A stretch of 64,000 bases of DNA, from NCBI RefSeq assembly GCF_006345805.1, contig NC_043006.1:74710001-74774000 (forward strand). Reading direction: 5' to 3'. Every line of letters starts with the position of its first letter. The stretch's first letter is position 1. Source of the DNA: Octopus sinensis (Eukaryota). A program made the position numbers and the translations under genes. The notes below the pieces were generated by a model, which saw only the letters and a list, made by a program, of their open reading frames with translations, was not told where the DNA came from and ran no database searches. Below, one piece after another: positions 38,824 to 52,657 of this stretch.

Positions 38824-39587
38824 CAGTGCTTCTCAAGCTATCTGATGCGGTGCACCGGCATTGTTTTTTTCCAATGTGCCAGTAATATTAATCTATACTG
38901 GAAACAATGTATATAATGGATTCACTGAAGCTCCAGCGTCTGGCGATGGACTTGGTAAACACCCACAAAGTTATCAACCACCTCACCAACAACAACACTG
39001 AACACCTTTTTGATCTCCATGTGTCCAACACACATGGACATGCCTACAAAGTCAGAAAACGGCACAGCTCCATGACTTTCGGAACATTTTTTCACGCTCA
39101 GAGTTGCTGAAGCATGGAACAAACTGCCTGCGTCAGTTGTTGACTGCCATGACACTGCATCCTTTAAGGCCCTCATGCTTTCCGAAATCCGCCGAAACTA
39201 CACCTGATTGTCCCCCTTCCATACTCATACACATATGTGTATGTCATGACTCATGCACTGTTCTTTTCCTGACGCTTGTACATTACCCTATGTACTATAC
39301 ATACACTTTAGATGAGTTGTAGTGCACCTGAGCACTGTACACAATGTTTTATTATTATTATTATTATTATTATAATAAAAGTTGACAATTTTTTTTATCT
39401 TATATTTATTTTGTGAACAAATAATCCAGTACTACATAAGCTGGTAAGTTTTTTTATTGTAGTGCATAAGGCGAAATTACTGAAATTATGTTACTGTTTC
39501 TTTCTCTTCTGGAAACTCATCGTGTACCGGCAGCTGATGGCTCACAGACCGGCACCAGTCTGCAGACCACCACTTTGAGTAGTACTG
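38824..39587. mobile_element. Non-autonomous hAT-type element with a perfect 8-bp TSD
   Basis: TIRs CAGTGCTTCTCAA / TTGAGTAGTACTG; AGCTAAAA at 38816-23 and 39588-95. Confidence 0.85.
38898..39374 (+). mobile_element. CR1-type LINE 3' end nested in the hAT element
   Basis: DSLKLQRLAMDLV..HKV, THGHAYKV, FTLRVAEAWNKLPASVV; (ATT)n tail. Confidence 0.75.
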
Positions 39588-41083
39588 AGCTAAAAAACTA
39601 ATACTATTACAAGTAGTCTAGCAAGTAAGGGAGACAAATGCAGACATGTTTCACTCTTATGAGACCTCCTCAGAAAAGACTATACTTTGCCATACCCTCA
39701 TCATCATTGTTTAACATCCGCTTTCCATGCTGGCATGGGTTGGACGATTTGACCGAGGACTAGTGAACCAGATGGCACAGTTTCTACAGCTGGATGCCCT
39801 TCCTAACGCCAACCACTCCGAGAGTGTAGTGGGTGCATTTACGTGCCATTGGCACGAAGGCCAGTCAGGCAGTACTGGCAACAGCCATGCTCAAATGGTG
39901 TTTTTATGTGCCACCTGCACAGGAGCCAGTCCAGCAGCACTGGCAACGACCTCACTTGAATATTTTTTTCACGTGCCACTGGTACAAGTGCCAGTAAGGT
40001 GACACTGGTAACGATCAGGCTCAAATGGTGCTTTTTACATACCACCAGCATGGAAGCCAGTCAGCTGCTCTGGCAGGATGCCAGTCATGTAGAGCTGTCA
40101 CAGAATTTGATGACATGGAATAAACTTTACTGAACTCAACAAAGAACAGATCTCACTATACTAGCTGAAATGCAAACTTTAAACACCTACACATGTACAA
40201 TATTGTATATATAGTTAGTGATTCTCTCATCATTTCTATAAAGTCTAACAAGTCTGAAATATGTCCAGATTTATCTTCTATTTTTTTATTTTTGCCAAAA
40301 TGAATAAAACGATAAACTATCATTAAACTAACTGCATTTTTCTTCACCACATAAGTCTTCCTATTTAGATTTTTCACAATAATTGAATATGTTAACACTA
40401 ATTTTACAAGTCAGGAAGACCAGAAAAGCTCCAAGCCACACCTGTAGTTAGTTTATAACCGTCCACTAATGCATTATCTAGAAATCTTTCATCACTTTAT
40501 TAGAAACAATTTTGGCTGAGTATTAATTTCTCTAAATCCCTGGAGCTGAAAACTATGTCTGGCCAGTTTAGCTGCGCAAAAAATCTTACAGCAGACTGCA
40601 TCTAATACTGCAGATGTGCACTTCCAATGATGTATTAACATGGAAAGAAACTGCTTACCTGGGGCACAATATATTAAGTATGGGACATTAGTGGCAGCAT
40701 ATATAGGAGAGGTTTAAGCTTGTCTTATAAGAGAATTGTGTGAGTATATGAGCTACTCGAATTTTCTTTTGGGGCAAGCTCCTTAAACCCCTTTATTTTG
40801 TGAGACAACCCTTGGTTCCGTGAAACAAATTTCTCATTTTAAAGCGATCTAAATTAAAACCGTCCATCAAAATTTGTAACCCTTCAGTGTTTAAACCAGC
40901 CATATCCGGCTAAGACTGGTTTTATGTTCAAACTGGCAAGATCTGGCCTTTCATACCAACACTGCAATACCATTCTTAAAATAGACAGCCAGATTATCAA
41001 TATCCCAAAGATACAAGATAATGTGAGAGGAATCTGAATGCTAAAGGGTTCAGGGATTAAGGTTTCAAACACTACTTAGTTCT

Positions 41084-41495
41084 CTCTTACTTGTTTCAGT
41101 CATTTGACTGCGGCCATGCTGGAGCACCGCTTTTTGTCAAGCAAATCGACCCCAGGACTTATTCTTTGTAAGCATATTACTTATTCTATCGGTCTCTTTT
41201 GCCGAACCGCTAAGTTACAGGGACGTAAGCACACCACCATCGGTTGTCAAGCAATGTTGGGGGGACAAACACAGACACACAAACATACATACATATATAT
41301 ATATATATATTATATATATATATATATATATACGGCGGGCTTCTTTCAGTTTCCATCTACCAAATCCACTCATAAAGCTTTGGTCGGCCCGTGGCTATAG
41401 TAGAAAACATTCACCGAAGGTGTCACGCAGTGGGAATGAACCTGGAACCATGTGGTTGGTAAGCAAGCTACTTACCACACAGCCACTCCTGCGCC
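41084..41495 (-). mobile_element. SINE family A, full length, in a CDK11 intron
   Basis: Reverse complement of the family consensus from tail to GGCGCAGG head. Confidence 0.88.
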
Positions 41496-42599
41496 TATTA
41501 TTATAAAATTATTTATACCAGGTTCTTTATTATTTTCAAAATTAATTGAACCAAAGTATTTCAACAGAAATATGACAAGAAAAGGGTTAAACCACCAAAG
41601 AACACGGCAATCAAATCAAGCACTGTCATTCTGGGAGAGTTGGCTCAGCTCCAAGATATGCCAAGTGGATTCCCTAACACTTATACCTAATTGTCATACC
41701 AACACCTTCATATGTCAAGCTAGTAGCATCGGCTACCACCTAGCAACACCCAGATGTAGATAAAAAGAGCTCAGCTACTTCAACAGCCTGTGAGAGCAGA
41801 CGTCAAGACAAAGATATTGCTGAGTTCCCCTACCCACCCCAATGGCTACATGCTATGATGCCAGCAGTCAATGACGAACATCAGGAAGAAAGAGAAGTTT
41901 GGGGCTGCAATGACAGAATGGAAATATACGACAACACAGAAAATACAGGTCAAATAAGGGAAAGATAAACAAAAGCATATAACTAAGAGAGCATAAAACA
42001 TATAATAAAATGCCCTTTATATCGCTTTCAGTTACCTTTGGAAATCAAGAATTTTACGGGATTTCGCTTTGCCCTTATTAACCTTTTAGCATTTGGATTA
42101 CTTTGTCAAACATCATCATCATCACAGTTTAACGTCCGCTTTCCATGCTAGCATGGGTTGGATGATTTGACTGAGGACTGGCAAACCAGATGGCTGCACC
42201 AGGCTCCTATCTGATCTGGCAGAGTTTCTACAGCTGGATGCCCTTCCTAATGCCAACCACTCGAAGAGTGTAGTAGGTGCTTTTACGTGCCACTGGCACG
42301 AGGGCCAGTCAGGCGGTACATGCTTGTTTATTTAAATTGGGTTTGAATTCATCATGAATTATCTTGTAGCTTTGAGATTTCAATAATGTGATAGTACATA
42401 TTTAGATTGACATTGTACGTTAGATGTGAGAGGCTGAATCTGGTTGGCTAAATGTAAGACAGGTACACTATTTTAGCCTGATATGGCCAGTTTAAATTCT
42501 AAAGAATTAAGCTAGTTTTTGTAACATAACTTAAAGAAGGGTTCTTGTGGGTTTTAATTTAGATATTAACACTTTAAAATAGGAAAAGTGGCATCATAG

Positions 42600-43476
42600 A
42601 TGCAGTGGCGCATTCAAGCAAGTTTGAAGTGTTTGAGGGGGGACATTTGGCAAAAGCAACTGGATCTGTGGAACGTAAAGAACTGGATTCCTCATTGAGT
42701 TCTCACTCGTGAATTTCTCACTCGTGAGTTTCTCATCAAAAACATGTTATCACTTCTGCACCCACCCTATTCACAAGATGTAGCACCTGCAGACTTCCAT
42801 CCCTTTCCCAAGAAGAAGATGCTGCTCAAAGGTCATCATTTCAACACTGTTGTCGAGATCCAGAGTGAATTGCAGAAGGCCCTCGACTTGCTTACGGAAA
42901 ACAACTTTCAGGCCGGATTCCCAAAACGGCAGGAACTCTGGGACCGGTGTACTGTCGTGTAAGGTGACTATTTCAAAGGAGATGATATTGTTGTTGATGT
43001 TGATGTACTAAGTCAAGTACATCAACATCAACAGCAATATCAAAATCAAATGAAATAGAAATTGTAGATGTGAGCCCCGTGCCAGTAGCATGTAAAAAGC
43101 ACCATCCGAATGTGGCCGATGCCAGTGTCACTTTGGCTGACTTCCGTGCTGGTGGCACATAAAAAGCACCATCCGATTGTGGTCGATGCAAGCTCCTCTG
43201 GCCCCTGTGCTGGTGGCAAGTAAAAAGCACCCACTACACTCTCAGAGTGGGTGGCATTAGAAAGGGCATCAAGCTGTAGAAACACTGCCAGATCAGATTG
43301 GGGCCCGGTGCTGCCTACTGGCTTCCCACACCCCAGTCGAACCATCCAATCCAACACATGCCAGCATGGAAAACGGACATTAAACGATGATGATGATGAT
43401 GATGTTAAAACCAAGGGAAATAAAGTATTTTTTATTAAAAATTACTAGTCCTGGAACTTTTTGATACCACCTTGTA
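42600..43476 (+). mobile_element. Mariner transposase C-terminal relic with 3' TIR, split by an RTE 3'-end insertion (42990-43405)
   Basis: DLWNVKNWIPH, HPPYSQDVAPADFHPFPK, ELWDRC..*GDYFKGD; terminal GTCCTGGAACTTTTTGATACCACCTTGTA. Confidence 0.8.
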
Positions 43477-43613
43477 ATTAACAAGAAGCAGATTGCCAAC
43501 ATATAAACATTGCAGTGGGCATCCAGTCCTGAACAACACTGCAACTATTTCAAGGACAAGAGGGAATAAGGTTTCTCTCTTTCTTTCTTTTTCCTTGAAG
43601 TGTAACAACTTAC

Positions 43614-43730
43614 CTTGAAAATTCTGGTCAGCTGGTCAACTTCAGATTTGCCTGGCCATAATGGCTTCATAGTGAGAAATTCAGCCATAATACATCCAAC
43701 TGACCACATATCAATGCATGTTGTGTATTC
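43614..43730 (-). CDS. CDK11: CDK11 exon (117 nt, phase 0-0): [39 protein letters not shown]
   Basis: Subdomains IX-X. Acceptor ttgcag|GAATAC, donor AAG|gtaagt. Confidence 0.97.
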
Positions 43731-44231
43731 CTGCAAAAAAAAAAATAATAACAATAATAGCGGTTCAGCAAAAGAGACTGATAGAATAAGTACCAGGCCT
43801 ACAAAGATAAGTCCTGGGGTTGATTTGCTCGACTAAAGGCGGTGCTCCAGCATGGCCACAGTCAAATGACTGAAACAAATAAAAGAGTAAAAGAGTAATA
43901 ACAATAATAATAATAAATGACACTGGCATCAGCTACGACTACAGTTTCACTTGGCTTAACAAGTCTTCTCAAACACAGCATATCACCAAAGGTCTCGGTC
44001 ACTCATCATCGCCTCTGTGAAGCCTAACGTTCAAAGACCATGCTTCACCACCTCCTCTTGTGTATTCCCGGGTCTACCCCTTCCAGAGTTTCCCTCAACA
44101 GTTAGAGATCAGCACTTCTTTACACAGTTGTCCTCCTTCATATGCACCAAATGACCATACCAGTGCAGTTGTCTCTCTTGCACAACATATATATATGTAT
44201 GTATGTGTGTGTGTATATATATATATATATA

Positions 44232-44393
44232 GGCGCAGGAGTGGCTGTGTGGTAAGTAGCTTGCCAACCAACGTCATGGTCCCGGGTTCAGTCCCACTGC
44301 GTGGCATCTTGGGCAAGTGTCTTCTGCTATAGCCCCGGGCCGACCAATGCCTTGTGAGTGGATTTGGTAGACGGAAACTGAAAGAAGCCTGTC

Positions 44394-44433
<40 letters not shown>

Positions 44434-44644
44434 TTGTGTGTCTGTGTTTGTCCCCCTAGCATTGCTTGACAACTGATGCTGGTGTGTTTACGTCCCCGTC
44501 ACTTAGCGGTTCAGCAAAAAGGGACCGATAGAATAAGTACTGGGCTTACAAAGAATAAGTCCTGGGGTCGATTTGCTCGACTAAAGGCGGTGCTCCAGCA
44601 TGGCCGCAGTCAAATGACTGAAACAAGTAAAAGAGTAAAAAGAG
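44232..44644 (+). mobile_element. SINE family A, full length, in a CDK11 intron
   Basis: Complete head, (TA)n(TG)n centre and tail. Confidence 0.88.
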
Positions 44645-46891
44645 TAATATATATATATATATACTGTATCACTGTATCAACCAAACAATTGAGTGCTGTT
44701 GTACACCATTGGTCATAATGTGCTTACTTGCAGTGTTGTAGCTTTCAAATGATGCCACCCGACTGGCTATGAAGGCTGGCCTATGGTGCATAAGTGACCA
44801 AGATCACAACATTCTCCCTCAATAAGAAGCTACTCCATCACAGGGTAACACTTTTACAGCTGAGTGAACCGGAACAATGTAAAATTGAAGTGTTTTGCTC
44901 AAGAGCATAACACACAATCCAATCCAGGAATTTAAACCATGATCTTGTGATCATGAGTACAACACCCTAACCACTAGGCCATGTGCCTTCACAAACACAC
45001 ACGTATGTATGAGTTTTGTGTGGGGGCACACGAGTGTGTCTGAGTCCCTTCATCCTGACATCATAAGATAGTTGTTAATGAGTATCACTATCATACAAGT
45101 GATATAATTTATTTCCTATCCTTTACAGAAATATTTTCATTCATGGGGGAAACATTAGCTTCTTTGGAAACAAGTAGTTTGGCACCAGGATGTGCCAAAC
45201 AACTGTAAAAAATTTGCTTCAACAAATCCTGCCCAGCTCATGCAAGCTTGGAAAAATGGAAATTAAAAATGACAATAATATTGTTTTCAAATTTTGGCAC
45301 AAGGCCAGCAATTTCAAAGAGAAGGTAAGTCAATTACATCAACCCCAGTATTTAACTGGTACTTATTTTACCGACCCCCAAAAGAACGAAAGGCAAAATC
45401 ATTATTATTGGTTCGTAGTATTTTTTTTTCTGTAGTTTCAGCTCAGAGCTGCAGCCATGTTGATGCACTGCCATTAAAATATACAAAAATATATTACAAA
45501 AAAATGGCACATATACTGTAAATAATTCCAAAATAGCAAAATAGAAAACATCAAAATAATGAAATCAAGCAGATAAATAATTTTTTAAAAAACCCATTTC
45601 TCTTCATTTTCCTTTTTCTGGATTTATACCCCAAAACACAGATCTGTTTATCCAAGCTTAGAACAGGTTCCATGTGATGTTTACCGAGACAGACAAGAAA
45701 CTATTTTAAGTTTTTCATGCTGATTAGCAGATTGCAATCATGCTGAAGCAGTTTGTGCGCTTCTGAGTGGTCAGTGAAGCTTGATTTTTATCTCTAAGCC
45801 CAACTAGTGATTATGTAGGAGTAGCAGTAGTAGTAGAAGCATATATCTTAACTTATGTAATTAATTTTCTTCAACTGCATCTTAGACGCAACACAGGTGA
45901 GTTTATGCATAACGGAGCTTTCATAAAATATAAACTCACATTCCACTTCTGAATGCTCTAATAAATAAATAAATAAATAAATAAATGAGAAAAAGAAAGA
46001 AAGCAAGAAGGAAAGTGATCTGTTGTTGCTTGTGTGCACATAACATTCTTCACAGCCAGGTATTGCTCTAACTTGGTTTCTAATGGGTTAATATGAAGAA
46101 AGCTATCCATTTTAAAAACATTTCTGTTAATAATTCAAGCAAATATCCGTGTTTTCTGAACAACTGCAGCCATGTTGCAAAAAGTAAAATAGATACATAA
46201 ATAAAATAAAATTTAGGCACAAGCATGGCTGTGTGGTTAAGAAGCTTGTTTTGCAACCACATAGTTTTGGTTTGGGGTTCAGACCCATTGTGCAGCACTT
46301 TGAGCAAGTCTCTTCTACTATAGACCCTGGCTGGCCAATGCCTTGAGTGAATTTCATAAACAGAAACTGTGAGGTAACTGCATGCGCGCCTGTGTGTGTG
46401 TGTGTGTGTATTTAAAATTATAAATTAGGGTATCTACAAGATATTCTAATTTATAATTTTAATAATTATTACCTTTGAAGGTTATTTTTTCCATGCTGAC
46501 CACTTGATAAAATTGTTATTATATTTTTAAATTAACGATCTTATCCTTATTTATATATATATATAAAAGGAGGTGGAAATAGAACAGAAATAAGTCTAAG
46601 ACATTTCAATTTAAGAGGAAATTTAATAAAAATGTTCTTGGTGCCTCAGACAGAAGATAAACTGTTTTTCTTCAAATTTTTATAAATTTTTACTGATATT
46701 TGATAAGAAGAGATTCATTGAAACCGGTAATATTTTCTTTATATAAGAATTTTTAAAAAATCATTTCCATTAAATTCCCTCTTAAATTGAAATGTCTTAG
46801 ATTTATTTCCGTGCTATTTCTACCTCCATCTTTTATAAATAAAAATTTAATTTGTATAGATCTCTAATCTTTTTCAACTATATATACATAT

Positions 46892-46944
<53 letters not shown>

Positions 46945-47791
46945 GTAGCATATTCAAAATTCTGGCATCTGTAGGTTGTAAAGAAACCTGTTGAAGAGGA
47001 ATGGTCTTTTAATAAGGAACTGCAGCAGAATCTGATCTAAACAATGTCTTGGTTTAAGATGAAATTTCTTAAAGCTTCTTTGTGGTATTTGATGGATTTC
47101 AAACTGTCCAACCTCTCCAATACAGTTTCATGATTTGTTTAATTTCCTCCGAAATTTTAACTTTAACAAATAGTTAACCCCTAAGTATTAGATTGGCCAG
47201 TTTTGTGGAGCTGACAGGGACTACTCCAACAACAGGTAGGAAATACAGCTTCTCAATAAGGTTTGAATCAAGCTCCTTGTTACAAAACAATAACTAAAGA
47301 TGACAGGTATGGCTGTATAGTTAAGAAGCTTGCTTTGCAACCCTGTGGTTTGGGGTTCAGTTCCACTGCATGGCATCTAGGGCAAGTGTCTTCTACTATA
47401 GCCCCAGGCCAGCAAATGCCTTGAGAGTGGATCTGGTATATGGAAACTGTGTGGAAGCTGGTCATGTACATGTGTGTGTGTTTGTGTGTACACATAGATG
47501 TATATATGTATACGCTTGAGTCTGAGCTTGTGTTCATCCCCTGGCCCCTTCACTGCTTGCTAACTGGTGTTGGTTTGATTATATCCCTTTAACTTAACAA
47601 TTCAGCAAAAGAGTCTGAGAGAACAAGTACCAAAAAAAAAAAAAAAAAAAAAAAACCCCCAAGTACTGGGTTTGACCAAACCCTTCAAGACAGAGCTCCA
47701 GCATGACTGCAGATCCACGTCTGAAAGAAAAGCCAAGTAAAAGATAAAAGTTTAAAAAAACAAACAAACAAAAGAAACTAAAACCACTAAC

Positions 47792-47899
47792 CTTGGTGCC
47801 CAGCAGTAACTCAGGTGCTCTATACCATAAGGTAACTACAACTGGTGTATAATGCTTCAATGGGGATCCATATTCTCTGGCAAGACCAAAATCGCCAAC
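47792..47899 (-). CDS. CDK11: CDK11 exon (108 nt): [36 protein letters not shown]
   Basis: DFG and APE activation segment. Acceptor ttttaag|GTTGG, donor AAG|gttagt. Confidence 0.98.
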
Positions 47900-48503
47900 C
47901 TTAAAAGACAAAAAAGAAACATATAAATGATTATTTTATTTTTCCTTCAATTTCTGAAGTATGCATTAATTACAATTGGTATCCAGAAGATAGAAAGTGT
48001 TAGAATTAATTCCATTGCCAACTCTCACCTGTTTCCAATTAAGGTAATATTTCTCTTGTGATCAGGCATGTTTTCATGGAAGATTGGAAAGCCAATGCAA
48101 GTAGACAGAAACAGACACACATACACACAAACTCTCTCTCTCTCTCACACACATGATGGGCTCCTTTTCCACCGATAGAATCCACTCACAAGGATTCAGT
48201 CAATATGGGGGTTATAGCATAAGAAACTTGCTCAAGATGCCACACAGTGGGACTGAACCTGAAACCATGTGGTTGGGAAATAAATTTCTTACCACACAGC
48301 CACGCCTGCACAGCAGAATCCCAATACAGCTTCTGCCGACCAATTCTGCTCAGAAGATGCTGGTCAGCTTGAAGCAATAGAAGACACTTGCCCAAGGTGC
48401 CACGCAATGAAGCAACATTTAAGACCGTACAACAGTTATGACACCAACTCCATACCTATGTATCTGTATTTCACAATGCATAGGAAATAACTAAAACACT
48501 AAC

Positions 48504-48625
48504 CTTGAGAATTCCTTTGTGACTCAGTAACAAGTTTGATGTCTTTAAATCTCGATGTAATATCCAGTTGTCGTGGAGGTGAGCTACAGCTTTGAGGAGC
48601 TGGAGCATCAGTGTTTTCACTTCAC
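48504..48625 (-). CDS. CDK11: CDK11 exon (122 nt): [40 protein letters not shown]
   Basis: HRD catalytic loop. Acceptor ttacag|GTGAA, donor AAG|gttagt. Confidence 0.98.
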
Positions 48626-49237
48626 CTGTAAATGGAAGAACACTGCTTAAGAACAAATATAATAATGAGAGAAAATTCATTCTGATATCTTCTGTACCAA
48701 GCAAAATGCCAGCAGCATTTTGTCCATCTTCACATTCTTAGCCTAAATTCCACTGACAATGACATACTTTTCATCCTTTTTGGGGTCAATAAAATACCAG
48801 TTGAGCACTAGGGTCAATGTAATCAACTTACGCCCTGCCTTGAAATTGCGACCCTTGTGCCAAAATTTGAAACCAGTCTCCTAGGAACTAGCTTACTGCA
48901 CTGGATGAAGGTGCTGTGCTCCTAGACTTTATGGGTCCTCCAAGATTGTAGAAATGCAGAATATATAATGTCCTTTACGGATAGATGAAAGAAAAAAATT
49001 AATCATGCAAACATCATTTTTTTTCTTTGTGCCATAAACAGAGGTCAATTTTGCCCTTCATGCATCAGTTTAAACCTTTAGCATTTAACCTGGGCATATC
49101 CAGCCAAAATACTCTACCTGTTTTAAGTTCAAACTGGCTGGATCTGGCCTCTCACACTTACCCTACATTCTGGAAATAAACAATCACATCATTGAAATCT
49201 TACAGCTACAAGATAATGTATGGCTAATTGATATCAA

Positions 49238-49730
49238 TTGTACTTGTACTAGCATTCACCCTGGGTGGGTTGAGTCAGCTTCTTCTACCACCCTCGAGGC
49301 ATCTTGAACCATGGCAGCCCATGCACAACGGTCCTGCGCCAGTTCACTGGAGATAACGAGCCAGTCACAGTTCCATTGGCGCAGGCTGATGTTGCCATTG
49401 TATTCACCATTGAGAATTCATGGAAGAAGTTTCGTGGGAATATGTGTATTTGACAAGCGGTCCCCAACAATCCCGCATGTAGAGACATCCTGTTTGCCGC
49501 AGATTGTCAGCAGACACAGGTGCAGAATGACTGAGGAGCCGCCGGTTGCCGAAACAGACACTCCAAGGATTTTCACCAGAGCCCTGTCTGCCGGGTTGTG
49601 GCCCTAATACCACTCGGTGTCAGACCAATCCACCTTGGGTGGCCTTACCAGGAACTGAAGTTCCTAACGGCATAGCTCTGACACTACCTGTTGCCAGCAT
49701 CCCCATCACAGTGAGGAGGGGATGGACTTT
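49238..49730 (-). mobile_element. RTE-type 3' fragment with a CAAGTA-type tail
   Basis: LAQDRCAWAAMVQDA...STHPG*, followed by GTACAAGTACAA. Confidence 0.6.
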
Positions 49731-50404
49731 GGGGACGCGATATCAATTATCATCATTTAACATCCATTTTTCATGCCAGCAAGGGTTGGATGGTTTGACA
49801 GTAGCTGACCAGCTGGAGACCTGCCCAGGCACCTATTGTCTGTTATGGCCTTCCTAACACCAACCACTTTTACAGAGTGTACTCTGGGTGCTTTTTATGC
49901 AACACCAGCACAGGTGCTCTTCTATGTGGCACTGGCATGGGTGCTTTGCACATGGAACCAGCATGGGTGCAAAACAGGTGCTTTTCAGGTAGTACCAGCA
50001 CCTGCAAAACAAGGACTCACTGCCTGAGAGAGGGAGTCAGTGAGGCATGGTTGCATACATCCATCGAATCAATGTGAATAAATAAGCATAACATTTCACA
50101 GAGTAATATTAATGCTAAAAGGTCAAGGAAGTGAACTGGTGAAATTGTCAAAGGCTCAGACAGGATACCAAGCCATAGCTGTTCAAGCTCTTTGAGGTCT
50201 GAGGTTGAATTTTAAGATGACAGATGAAATATTAGAGGAAGATTTGGCTGGTATCTCTAACAGGTCCATGCAACAAAATATAAACCTGATTAATGGTGAC
50301 TACAAAGAAAAACAGTAGCATATGAATGATACAGTAAATACAAAACTACAAGACAAGAAGGAGTTAGAACAAAAACAAGAGCGAAAGAGAAAAGTGATCC
50401 TCAC

Positions 50405-50510
50405 CAACAAGGAATGGTTGTTTCATAGTTTCCATTAGGCCTTTTAAATCATGTTCCACATAATCCATCACTATGTAGATCTTGTCCATGTTACTACCAA
50501 CAACAATTTC
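50405..50510 (-). CDS. CDK11: CDK11 exon (106 nt): [35 protein letters not shown]
   Basis: Acceptor ttacag|GAAATT, donor GTTG|gtgagg. Kinase subdomains IV-V. Confidence 0.97.
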
Positions 50511-50639
50511 CTGTAAAGTTAAGAAAAAATAGATGCAAATTGTAATAGATGTTTGCGCAAGGTGTTTTGAACCCAAAACCAAATGGTTGCTAAGCAAATT
50601 CCTTAACCACACAGCTATGCCAGCGTTTTAAGTGAAATC

Positions 50640-50935
50640 TTTAGTAAATGACTATAAGTGTATCTCAAGCCTCAAGTGCTTGGATTCCATTGGTGAAGAA
50701 GCTTTCATCTTGTTGGTCAAAAAAAGGTCATCAACAGCAGATATGATGTCAGCATCACTATGATACTGGTTCCCAGTCAAGTGCTTTTTCATGTTGGGGG
50801 ACAGATGACAGTCAGTTAAGGCCAAATCAGAATAAGGAGGATGATCAACCAGTTCAAAGCCAAAAAGGTGAACTGATGAAATTGTCAAAGGCTCAGACAG
50901 GATACATGCTGGCATAACAGGACAGGACACCAAGA
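50640..50935 (-). mobile_element. Second mariner-like transposase fragment
   Basis: HPPYSDLALTDCHLSPNMKKHL..QYHSDADIISAVDD. Confidence 0.7.
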
Positions 50936-51297
50936 TCCAAGCCAGTCCTTATTTAGAGTTCCTGCCCTCCTAGATGCACTAGAGAACCACACCTCACTCG
51001 TATGTTCTATTAGTTGCATGGTTTCTATGGCTGGATGCACTTCCTAACACCAACCACTTTACAGAGTGTACTGGGTACATTTCATCATGACAACAACACC
51101 TAGGAAGATGTTATGTCCTCAATTAGGCTGAAGAAACCTGCTTCATTTTATATCTTCTCTGTTTGTTCACTAATCACTTTACAGAGTGCACAGGGTATAT
51201 TTTATTAAGATATCAACACTAGCAAACAGCAAATAAATATCAACAAATAAAACAATTACAGGGATTGATGTGACCAACCATACTCTAACTACACGGT

Positions 51298-51530
51298 GGT
51301 GCGACGAGCTGGCAGAAACGTTAGCACGCCGGGCGAAATGCGTAGCCGTATTTTGTCTGCCGTTACGTTCTGAGTTCAAATTCTGCCGAGGTCGATTTTG
51401 CCTTTCATCCCTTCGGGGTCGATTAAATAAGTACCAGTTACGCACTGGGGTCGATATAATCGACTTAATACGTTTGTCTGTCCTTGTTTGTCCCCTCTGT
51501 GTTAAGCCCCTTGTGGGTAGTAAAGAAATA
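51298..51530 (+). mobile_element. SINE family B, about 85 bp from the PITSLRE exon donor
   Basis: Near-consensus family B sequence. Confidence 0.8.
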
Positions 51531-51613
51531 GGTGGTGCTTGGTCATAGCCATAATCCAATTACTGAAACCAGTAGAAGACTAAAAGAATCTTAGTTGATT
51601 ATTGGTTACTTAC

Positions 51614-51735
51614 TCTGACTGTGACTATATTTGGGTGTTGAGCTTTCAATAAGGTATTAATTTCTCTCAAAGATGTTATAGGGAAGCCTTCTTTCTCTTT
51701 CTCCATCTTTAATCTTTTCAGAGCGACAATTTCAT
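51614..51735 (-). CDS. CDK11: CDK11 exon (122 nt): [40 protein letters not shown]
   Basis: Contains the PITSLRE helix. Acceptor ttttag|ATGAA, donor AGA|gtaagt. Confidence 0.98.
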
Positions 51736-52657
51736 CTAAAAAAAAAAAACGTAAATGTAGTACATTTATACATACATGTGTATATTTATATATGCAAATG
51801 AATATTTCAATCAACCATGAAAAATAATTATATAACATGAATCTAAATGTTGATTAAGATATTATTTTTCTACTACTTCAAATTAAAAACAACACAACAA
51901 AATTGTTTCTTGTAAATGTTTAACCTTCATCATAAATAATATTGTAACATCAAATATCATTAACATCCAATTTTCTATGCCTACATGAATCAAACAGAAT
52001 TCACTGGGGTAGAGTTTCTATGGCTGGATGCTCTTCCAGCCACCAACCCATACCTGTTTTCTGGCAAGGTAACCCATGGCCAAACATGTCTTTCATGGAA
52101 GACTGGAAATGAGCAACACTGCTTCTATGATAGTGATGCCTGTTTACAACCATTGCAAAATGTCAAGACAAGGGAACACATGATGATGATGATGATGATG
52201 ATAAAGATGACCACAAAAATATACATGACAGGCTTCTTTCAGTTTCCATCTACCAAATCCACTCACAAGGTTTTGGTCAGTCCACAGCTATAATTGAAGC
52301 CACATGCCCAAGGAGCTGTGCAGTGGGGCTGAACCCCAAACCACACAGTTGGGAAGCAAGCTTCTTGACCATGCAAGCATTTCTTTGCAATCACAAGTGC
52401 AGCACCTAGGACAAATGCCTTATCCTATTACATCAGGCTGACTGATTGGTTCCATGTGAGTGAAACTGGTAGCCCAGAAACTGAATGGAAGTCCATCCCA
52501 TTTTCGATAAGCATACAGCCAGAAGCTTTCAGTGGTTTCATCACTCCTGATGTGTTAGAATCAGTGGAATGAAAATCCTTTATTTGGGAAACAGGTAAGG
52601 ATTGGCAACAGGAAGAGTATCCAGTCACAGAAAATCTGCCTCAACAAGTTTTGTTAA

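Noticed and set aside
50132-50903. Direct repeat of about 38 bp on both sides of exon 50405-50510 (50132-50170 and 50866-50903)
   Set aside because: Both pieces are mariner-relic sequence; there is no evidence of exon duplication or capture.
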